A stretch of DNA of 20,000 nucleotides, from IMG/VR virus record IMGVR_UViG_3300035034_004488; one strand, given 5' to 3'. Below are positions 8,939 to 15,396 of this stretch, piece after piece (position 1 is the stretch's first letter; each line of letters opens with the position of its first letter). The position numbers were made by a program, and so were the translations under genes. The notes under the pieces were generated by a model. It saw nothing but the letters and a program-made list of their open reading frames with translations. It made no database searches and was not told where the DNA came from. This DNA comes from an uncultured virus (IMG/VR IMGVR_UViG_3300035034_004488) (Duplodnaviria > Heunggongvirae > Uroviricota > Caudoviricetes).

Positions 8939-8959
8939 CGAAACCTCCTGTAGAGCTTG

Positions 8960-8989
8960 AGCCTACCACAAGACCTCAGAAGAGAACAA
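8960..8989 (-). promoter_or_regulatory. Weak promoter variant, TTGTTC-N18-TAGGCT with CTTGTGG
   Basis: Conserved CTTGTGG-TA core between a terminator and an RBS; the -35 is poor. Confidence 0.45.
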
Positions 8990-9012
8990 GAGAATCCTTC
9001 CTGAGAGAGACC

Positions 9013-9049
9013 AAAGAAAACCCCTCTCCCTTCATCGAAGGGAGAGGGG
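9013..9049 (-). terminator. Rho-independent terminator after the Ro60/TROVE gene
   Basis: 13-bp stem CCCCTCTCCCTTC / GAAGGGAGAGGGG, 3-nt loop, followed by TTTTCTTT on the minus strand. Confidence 0.9.
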
Positions 9050-9072
9050 CCGAGGTCAACAGGAGGTCCGGC

Positions 9073-10713
9073 TTAGAATCCGGAGATGAACTGGTTGAAG
9101 AGCTGAGGAACCTGCGCATCACAGCCCACGATGTCGAGCATGCCAGGGTCCTGCGGGTCCGCGATGGTGGTCCGCGTCGAGGTGAAGGCGAGCACAGCCG
9201 AACGCGCCGGGATGCCCGTCTGCTTTCGGTAGTTCGCCAGCTCGACCGAGGGGTGTGCCCCGGAGTGGTACGTCTCGCTGTCCGTCATGACCGCGAAGGC
9301 GTCGAAACGCTTCCCGTTCGTGCGAGCCCAACGGAACGGAACCGAGCAGTCCGTGCGCGAGAAGGACAGGCGCGACATCACCTTGAGGACGTCATCGAGG
9401 CGCTGCTTGGGAGAGATGTTCAAAGGCTGGAAGCCCTCCGAGAACGCCATGGCCTCCCAGTTCTCCTCCGTACGCATGATGCACATGGCCATCGCGGCAG
9501 AAGCCTCGTAGTTGGTGAGCATTTCCAGACCGTTGACGGGCTGACCCATCGAGCCCGAGACATCGAGCGCCAAGCAGATGCGCTTGCCCGTCGGTGTCAC
9601 GTTCTCAAACGCCGCGTAGAAGGCATCATCAAGCGCGTCGACGATCTTGGGCGTCACGTCCCAGGTGTTCGATCCCCGGAAGCCGCGACCCTGGCTGTAG
9701 GTCTTGAGCGCGGCGAGGACGTTGATGGGGTGGATGCGTGCCCGGCGAAGAGCCTCCGAATCCGTGATGCGAGACACGACGAACTTGGTGTTGTCGGACA
9801 TGTTGTCCAGCATCCCCAGCTTCGACATCTTCCCCAGGTTGCGGATCATCGCACCCAGCGGCATCTTTTCCAGAAGGGCCTCCCACACCTCGGTCGAGTT
9901 GAGCAGCTCCGTGGGGATGCACTCACGCGGCAAATTGTACGTCTGGATGAGGTCAACCACCTCCGACGCATTCGTGGCCCGCTTGGCCGTCTCGAAGGCC
10001 CAGACGCGACGGAGCACCTCGTCCTCGTGAGGCTTGGGGCCCACGTCCTCCCAGCCCTTGACCGCCCAGTGGAACAACGCGTTGCGCGTGTCCGTGTCCG
10101 GAGCGATGCGCGCGCGCCGGAGCACGTCACGATGTGACCAGCCACCACGCTGCTGGTACTTGATGAGCTGGTAGGCGAGGTCCGCCTCCGACTTGCCAAG
10201 GTACCACTTCTGGAAGGCACCCTTGGTCACCCGGTTCCAGCCGCCAAAGCCCTTGAGGTACTGCGCGAAGGTGAACAGATGCGTCCCCGTTCGGCAGACC
10301 TTGGGCACGGCCTCGCTCGCGGCGCGACGGACCTTGACGGCCTCCGTGTCACGCCCGTCCGAGTACCCCTTGCCCTTGTGCTGAAGAGCCAGCACGAGCG
10401 TGAAGATCGCCGGATCGTTCTTGAGAGCGCGGCCCGACGTCGAGACCTCGACGGCCATGTCCACCACACGCTGGCCGTTGAGCTTGAGACACTCCCCAAC
10501 GCAGCTAATGTTGTCCATCGTGAGGTCGCGCTGAGAGGCGTAGTAGGTGCCACCCTCAGAGCCCAGAATGAGGAACCGCTGGAGCTGGCCCCAGGGGCCC
10601 GTATCGAAGCCGACACCTCCCGCAGCGTTGGGGAGCATCTCAGCCTCGCGGCCCGGAAGGGCCTCGGTCTGAGGCGTGTTCTGAGGCGTCTTGATGTAGC
10701 TACCGTAATCCAC
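9073..10713 (-). CDS. rsr: Ro60/Rsr-like TROVE domain RNA-binding protein with C-terminal vWA domain (about 546 aa)
   Basis: NAAGG..F, LQRFLILGSEGGTYY, VCRTGTHLF, YQLIKYQQRGGWSHRDVLR, MPLGAMIRNLGKM, ARIHP, ALDVSGSM, TDCS, TDSET, IADPQDPGMLDIVG. Start re-called to GTG 10713 behind GGAG. Confidence 0.95.
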   Translation of the reverse strand: MDYGSYIKTPQNTPQTEALPGREAEMLPNAAGGVGFDTGPWGQLQRFLILGSEGGTYYASQRDLTMDNISCVGECLKLNGQRVVDMAVEVSTSGRALKNDPAIFTLVLALQHKGKGYSDGRDTEAVKVRRAASEAVPKVCRTGTHLFTFAQYLKGFGGWNRVTKGAFQKWYLGKSEADLAYQLIKYQQRGGWSHRDVLRRARIAPDTDTRNALFHWAVKGWEDVGPKPHEDEVLRRVWAFETAKRATNASEVVDLIQTYNLPRECIPTELLNSTEVWEALLEKMPLGAMIRNLGKMSKLGMLDNMSDNTKFVVSRITDSEALRRARIHPINVLAALKTYSQGRGFRGSNTWDVTPKIVDALDDAFYAAFENVTPTGKRICLALDVSGSMGQPVNGLEMLTNYEASAAMAMCIMRTEENWEAMAFSEGFQPLNISPKQRLDDVLKVMSRLSFSRTDCSVPFRWARTNGKRFDAFAVMTDSETYHSGAHPSVELANYRKQTGIPARSAVLAFTSTRTTIADPQDPGMLDIVGCDAQVPQLFNQFISGF

Positions 10714-10797
10714 TTTGGTACTCCGAAGGAAGTTGTCCCGAGCCTCACAGCTCATACTGCGTACGAGCAAAGAATGAGAGGCTCATGATGTCCGAGG

Positions 10798-10826
10798 ACC
10801 CTGCCACAAGAGACCCAAGGGGTCAA
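10798..10826 (-). promoter_or_regulatory. Promoter variant for the Ro60 gene, TTGACC-N17-CAGGGT with CTTGTGG
   Basis: Near-consensus -35 and the shared CTTGTGG, but a poor -10. Confidence 0.5.
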
Positions 10827-10832
10827 GTTATT

Positions 10833-11414
10833 TCAGAAGTAGAGTCCGGACAGCTCCCCGGCGAGTACCTTGGCGCGCAGCTCCTCAACGCGAGCACGAA
10901 CCCTGGACTCGAAGGGCCACATCCAAAAGTACCGGCTGGTGGTGAACTGCTTGACGATCCAGTCCACGGTCGCGTCGGTGATCTGGCCAGACTCCTCGAA
11001 GGCCACGATCATGTTCGCCGTGTACCCTCGCATCTCCCAGTGCGCGCGCATGGTCCAAATCGCAGGAAAGAAGAGCGCATAGCTCACGGGAAACCAGATC
11101 GGGTGCGCGAGGCGATCACGCATATGCACATACTCATGCCTCAAGACGGAGTACGTCGAGTACACGGTGAGGTCTTGAGGCATGCGAGGGAACGCCATAT
11201 GGTTCGGAGTCACGACCGTGTAGCGCTCTCTCCAACGCTTGGCAAAGGCGGGCATGATCACGTCGAGGATCGCCATCCCAACCCAGATAAACCACAGGCT
11301 CAGGCTCTTCTTGTGCCAACCCTCTTCGTCTCTCCCGATGATCTTCATCTCGGGGTTGGCCCTACCCATCGCCTCCAACAACTCCTGTACCTTCTCCGTG
11401 TCGACGTTTGACAT
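10833..11414 (-). CDS. Putative membrane-associated HEXXH zinc metalloprotease-like protein (about 193 aa)
   Basis: LRHEYVH plus downstream RAHWEMRGY glutamate; hydrophobic segments; start re-called to ATG 11414 behind AAGGAGG. Confidence 0.65.
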   Translation of the reverse strand: MSNVDTEKVQELLEAMGRANPEMKIIGRDEEGWHKKSLSLWFIWVGMAILDVIMPAFAKRWRERYTVVTPNHMAFPRMPQDLTVYSTYSVLRHEYVHMRDRLAHPIWFPVSYALFFPAIWTMRAHWEMRGYTANMIVAFEESGQITDATVDWIVKQFTTSRYFWMWPFESRVRARVEELRAKVLAGELSGLYF

Positions 11415-11437
11415 CTCTAGCCTCCTTGTGGTAAGCC
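11408..11437 (+). promoter_or_regulatory. Promoter variant, TTGACA-N18-TAAGCC with CTTGTGG
   Basis: Perfect -35; overlaps the start codon and RBS of the divergent gene; upstream of plus-strand run 11484-13335. Confidence 0.6.
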
Positions 11438-11483
11438 TGTTTGAATCCATAACTCCACGGTACAAGACGATTAAGGTGGCTCG

Positions 11484-11894
11484 ATGCTCATCAACTATTT
11501 CCAGCGCTCCCGCTTCAAGAAGGTGACCCACCACCGCTACCTGGACCTCGCATCGGAGGTCATCCTGGTGAGGCCTTCCAAGACAGAGAGGGGGACCTCC
11601 GAGACGACCCTGGTTCGCGGCTACATCTCAGGAGGTGACCCGTGGCCCAAGCCCAAGAAGGTCGAGATAGAGCTGGAGACCGGCGACCACGGGATCTGGA
11701 CCTACGAGACCCTGACCGGAAAACTGTCTGGCCGGAGCTTACCCGTACGCCGTCACGAAGACTCTCGGAAAATGACCTTCGACCTCAAGGATCGAAACTC
11801 CGTGCTCCTCGTGTGGCAGGGGTCGGGCGAGGCGGGGCCCATCACTGAGAGTCTGGTGCACGTCCTGTGCGACATTCTGGAGATGGCACTCTAA
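11484..11894 (+). CDS. Hypothetical protein (136 aa)
   Basis: ATG behind AAGGTGG; first gene of the plus-strand run. Confidence 0.75.
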   Translation: MLINYFQRSRFKKVTHHRYLDLASEVILVRPSKTERGTSETTLVRGYISGGDPWPKPKKVEIELETGDHGIWTYETLTGKLSGRSLPVRRHEDSRKMTFDLKDRNSVLLVWQGSGEAGPITESLVHVLCDILEMAL

Positions 11895-11901
11895 ACCTTT
11901 T

Positions 11902-12351
11902 ATGAGACTGGTCACCAGACCGGAAGTGCGTACCCAAGCTCTTATGCCGCAGGGTGCCCTCATGCCACTGGTCGTTCCCAAGTCGCGCTACCGGGATGGT
12001 GATCTGATCGTCTGCCTACGCACGCAGACCATGTACGGGTACTACCCCGAACGTCTGCTGGCGACCTTGTGTCTGGCCATCTACCGTACGGGGAGACACT
12101 ACACGGAGCTGGAGACGTGGTACGGGTTGAACCTGTCCCTGGCAGGAAGGTGCGAGGCGAGGGACCTCCATGACGTCGAGGACTGGGCCGTAGAGGACCC
12201 CGACGTACACATCTACGGTGCAGTCTATGGGCGGATGAATCTTGACGATCACGTTGAAATGACTCAGTATCTGCGGCACGTACTCGACATCATCTGGTCA
12301 GACCTCCTGTCTGACTGGTACTGGCGAGCCACTCAAACACCCTACACATAA
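11902..12351 (+). CDS. Hypothetical protein (up to 149 aa)
   Basis: Fills the operon gap; exact start uncertain. Confidence 0.7.
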   Translation: MRLVTRPEVRTQALMPQGALMPLVVPKSRYRDGDLIVCLRTQTMYGYYPERLLATLCLAIYRTGRHYTELETWYGLNLSLAGRCEARDLHDVEDWAVEDPDVHIYGAVYGRMNLDDHVEMTQYLRHVLDIIWSDLLSDWYWRATQTPYT

Positions 12352-12360
12352 GGGCACCCC

Positions 12361-12861
12361 ATGAAGAAAGCACTCGTGATCCTGAGCCTACTGCTGTTGA
12401 GCTTCGGCTGCGACAAGACTGACACGCCGGACGCTGGAGACGCAAGCACAGACGTCTCGACGGACGGCTCCAAGGAGGTCTCCACGGATGCCGGCCCCAC
12501 CTGCGAAGAGCATTTGGCCAAGGTCGAGAGCGACCTGACCGATGCTCAGGACACGCTCAACGGTTGCATGACGAGCATGCCCAAGCGCGAGACCTTCGAG
12601 ATCACGAAGGACGAGCAGGAGCTGCCGTGCGGCCACGACCTGTCCATCTCCATCCACAAGCTGGACTCGAAGGCGCTCTACCTCGGCTACCGTACGAGCC
12701 CCAAGGAGCGAGAGTTCTCGGGTCGTATGGACATCCGGAAGCATGCGGACCGTCGCGCGCTCTACCTCGCGGAGTCTCAGACGCTGATCAACGTGATCTC
12801 GTGTGGCAAGGACAAGTGCAAGGTGAGCTGCGTCGGCCTGTCCGGCGTGGATGAGGACTGA
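12361..12861 (+). CDS. Predicted lipoprotein, Cys-rich
   Basis: Signal peptide MKKALVILSLLLLSFG-C with lipobox, then an acidic linker and six further Cys. Confidence 0.8.
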   Translation: MKKALVILSLLLLSFGCDKTDTPDAGDASTDVSTDGSKEVSTDAGPTCEEHLAKVESDLTDAQDTLNGCMTSMPKRETFEITKDEQELPCGHDLSISIHKLDSKALYLGYRTSPKEREFSGRMDIRKHADRRALYLAESQTLINVISCGKDKCKVSCVGLSGVDED

Positions 12862-12867
12862 ACGCTC

Positions 12868-13335
12868 GTGTTGGACTTGGTAGCACAGGAGACGCGGATC
12901 ACGGAGACGCTTGATATCTGGCGTGGACGTGATCCGGAGCCCGAAGACTTCACACAGGAGGTCTGGGTGCGTCTGGTAGAGGTCCGACACCTCTACGACT
13001 CCGGCCGAGGGACCGTAGAGGCCTTCGTCATGCGAGTCGCGCGCAGCGTCTGGGTCGGGCGTCTTCGGTATGACCAAGCGCTCAAGCGTACCCCGGTCGT
13101 CGACGCTACCGAGCCCCTGTATTCTCCTGAGCCCAAGCCAGCTCCAAAGCCGTTCAAGGCGTACCTCCTGGAGCACACCGATTTCGAGGACGTTGAGCCC
13201 CGCCGAGTCTACAAGCTCTTGAGCATGGGCTACACGCGACGAGAGATATGCGACTGCCTTGACCTGACCCTGTATCAGGTCAATCAGGCCAAGGCACACC
13301 TTCGCACTCTCTTTGAGAGATACGAAGGCCCTTGA
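12868..13335 (+). CDS. ECF-type (sigma70 family) RNA polymerase sigma factor-like protein
   Basis: Region 2-like EDFTQEVWVRL....YDSGRG..EAFVMRVARS....RLR and region 4-like HTH RRVYKLLSMGYTRREICDCLDLTLYQV. Confidence 0.75.
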   Translation: MLDLVAQETRITETLDIWRGRDPEPEDFTQEVWVRLVEVRHLYDSGRGTVEAFVMRVARSVWVGRLRYDQALKRTPVVDATEPLYSPEPKPAPKPFKAYLLEHTDFEDVEPRRVYKLLSMGYTRREICDCLDLTLYQVNQAKAHLRTLFERYEGP

Positions 13336-13339
13336 GGTT

Positions 13340-13627
13340 TCAGTTCGACACGAAGGGCTTCAGGGCAGCGAGTACATGCTTGCACGGCCCTTTATGGTAC
13401 TTGTGGGCGGGGCATGAGCAGGACCGGACGCGCTTCTGGGCGTCCACCTTGACCTTGTAGGGCGCGTCTCCGTTCCCTTCGACTTCCGCCCTCAGCACGC
13501 CCTCGGCATCGAGGGTCAGATTCTTGACCTTGCCCAGCGACACGTAACGCTCGGCGCGTTGTGCGACGTCGCTCGGGGCCTTATCCCATAGGGCTTTGAA
13601 GGTCTCAGTGGTCTCAGGGTAAGTCAT
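13340..13627 (-). CDS. SWIM zinc-finger protein (95 aa)
   Basis: A.V.G....Y.V...CSCP......PCKH.LA; ATG 13627 behind GAGGAG. Confidence 0.88.
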   Translation of the reverse strand: MTYPETTETFKALWDKAPSDVAQRAERYVSLGKVKNLTLDAEGVLRAEVEGNGDAPYKVKVDAQKRVRSCSCPAHKYHKGPCKHVLAALKPFVSN

Positions 13628-13666
13628 GTCCGTCTCCTCTCGTGGTGTGATCGCGTTGACACACAC

Positions 13667-13695
13667 TATATACCACAAGAGAGGTGGGTCGTAAA
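13667..13695 (-). promoter_or_regulatory. Repeated promoter, TTTACG-N17-TATATA
   Basis: Minus strand TGAGATAGTTTTTACG ACCCACCTCTCTTGTGG TATATA. Confidence 0.8.
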
Positions 13696-13706
13696 AACTA
13701 TCTCAA

Positions 13707-14107
13707 AAAATACCCCCGCTTATACGAGGAAGGGCAAGCTCGGAATGCTAAGCACCCCGGCCGACGAAGAAAGGGGACATCCCCGCGTGTACGGGGAAGG
13801 GAGCGCGATGAGGTCGTATGACCCGACCGGAATGGGGACATCCCCGCGTGTACGGGGAAGGGAGGTTTTCGTCGTGCTTTCGGACGCTGCCAGCGGGGAC
13901 ATCCCCGCGTGTGCGGGGAGGGGGTGGTGCATCTCAGCGCGCAAGGTCACCATGCGCGGGACATCCCCGCGTGTACGGGGAAGGGTGAAGGTGGCTCACC
14001 GACTGCGGTGAAGGAGGGGGGACATCCCCGCGTGTACGGGGAAGGGATCTCAAGATCACGACCGGCATTGCCCACGCTCGGGACATCCCCGCCTGTACGG
14101 GGAAGGG
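13707..14107 (-). CRISPR. Type I-E-like CRISPR mini-array: 6 repeats, 5 regular spacers, plus a degenerate terminal repeat
   Basis: 28-nt repeat GGGACATCCCCGCGTGTACGGGGAAGGG starting at 13774, 13835, 13896, 13958, 14019, 14080 (period 61-62). Reverse complement CCCTTCCCCGTACACGCGGGGATGTCCC matches the I-E pattern TTCCCCG...CGGGGAT. A 20/28 degenerate copy lies at 13707-13734. Confidence 0.95.
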
Positions 14108-14177
14108 TCTGCGACAAGAAGTCACATCTAACACAGGTCCGTGCGGGCATCCTTCAGGACGAGCCATAACTATCACA

Positions 14178-14597
14178 CTACTTCTTGTCTTGTAAAGCAG
14201 AATCTGAGTTAAGACCTCTCAGGAGCTTTTCGAGCTGTTCGGTGATGGTACTGGAGGGCCCGTCGAGGCGGTGGACGACGCGGAGGCGCCTCTTGTAGTA
14301 GCTCGACCACATGTAGAGATGCTGCGCAGGATCACGCTCGTAATCGTCCAGGACATGCAAGAGGCCCACATTCTTGAACCAGGAGAGCATCGTACACACC
14401 GTTCTGTGGTGGTACTTGAAGCGCACCGGGTCCAGATCCTCCAGCTTCTCGACGAGATCGTAGACGTCCGCATACCGGAAGGGGGTGTCCCGGATCAACT
14501 CGTCCCTCATCCAAAAGAGCATCTGATTGACGTTGCAAAAGCTCCTGGGGGCGTGCACGAGCGCGTCTTCGAGGGGCTGATGCGTGGGGAACGACAT
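14178..14597 (-). CDS. Hypothetical protein, possible winged-helix DNA-binding fold (139 aa)
   Basis: ATG behind AAAGGA; pattern FRYADVYDLV...RTVCTMLSWFKNVGLL is wHTH-like (inference). Confidence 0.7.
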   Translation of the reverse strand: MSFPTHQPLEDALVHAPRSFCNVNQMLFWMRDELIRDTPFRYADVYDLVEKLEDLDPVRFKYHHRTVCTMLSWFKNVGLLHVLDDYERDPAQHLYMWSSYYKRRLRVVHRLDGPSSTITEQLEKLLRGLNSDSALQDKK

Positions 14598-14703
14598 GTA
14601 CTAATCCTTTTGTATTCGAGACGAGATGCACCCCTACGGGAGTGCTGGAAGCGTGAAGGTCAATACCAGAACGTACAAACACCTTACGCGATGTGGAGCA
14701 CTC

Positions 14704-15381
14704 ATGGGCATGCACGATTGGCACTCAAAATACGGCGGACGGGAGTGGAGGATCACACATCAGGGCATCGAAGCCCGTGATGTCGGTCTCTTCCGCACAC
14801 GTGGCACGCCTTCGACCGTCATGACCCTCTGGGACGATTTCGGGGAGCATCTCCTCTACGCGAGCCACGAGCTGGGCGTCCCCGTGGACTGCATCATCGC
14901 CATGATCCCGATCGAGGCGAGGCGCCGGGGTGGTCACTATGACCCCCAATCACGTCGAGAAGAGCCGGGGTACATCTCCGACACGCAGACGCCTCACAGG
15001 GTCTCTCCAGGCCTCATGCAGACGCTCATCTCCACCGCCAAGGACATGGCTCGGCGCTACAATTTGCTCGACCCTGGCTTGATCACGTCAGAGCTGTTGT
15101 ACGATCCGTTCTATTCGATCCTGCTCGGCACGGCTTTCCTGGCGCGTCAGATCGAACGGTACGGGCCAGACCCCATCCTCCTGTGCGCCGCGTACAACGC
15201 GGGCTCGGTCCGAAAGCACGACGAAAACCTCTGGCATCTTCGCGTCCACGGACCGACCCGGATGGACAGATATGCCAGCTTCTTCAACGACTTCCTGTTC
15301 GCGATCGACCACGGACTGATCAAGCTCGACAGCCGGATCATCTTGACGCGTGACTTCCTCCCCCTTGACCTCAATTCCTGA
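14704..15381 (+). CDS. SLT-domain lytic transglycosylase
   Basis: LGVP...IIAMIPIE (catalytic Glu), SPGLMQ, LYDP..SI..G..FL, AAYNAG; start re-called to ATG 14704 behind GGAG. Confidence 0.88.
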   Translation: MGMHDWHSKYGGREWRITHQGIEARDVGLFRTRGTPSTVMTLWDDFGEHLLYASHELGVPVDCIIAMIPIEARRRGGHYDPQSRREEPGYISDTQTPHRVSPGLMQTLISTAKDMARRYNLLDPGLITSELLYDPFYSILLGTAFLARQIERYGPDPILLCAAYNAGSVRKHDENLWHLRVHGPTRMDRYASFFNDFLFAIDHGLIKLDSRIILTRDFLPLDLNS

Positions 15382-15396
15382 ACCGGAGTACCCCTC

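Noticed and set aside
9253..11411. Plus-strand ORFs of 294, 169 and 208 aa
   Set aside because: Antisense to the Ro60 and peptidase genes; no motifs or RBS.
12388..13299. 303-aa minus-strand ORF
   Set aside because: Shadow of the lipoprotein and sigma factor genes.
14141..14160. Possible additional CRISPR repeat (GCGGGCATCC)
   Set aside because: Only a short partial match, off-period and lacking the palindrome; treated as leader.
13720..14176. Several short ORFs with repeated peptides
   Set aside because: Translations of the CRISPR repeats.
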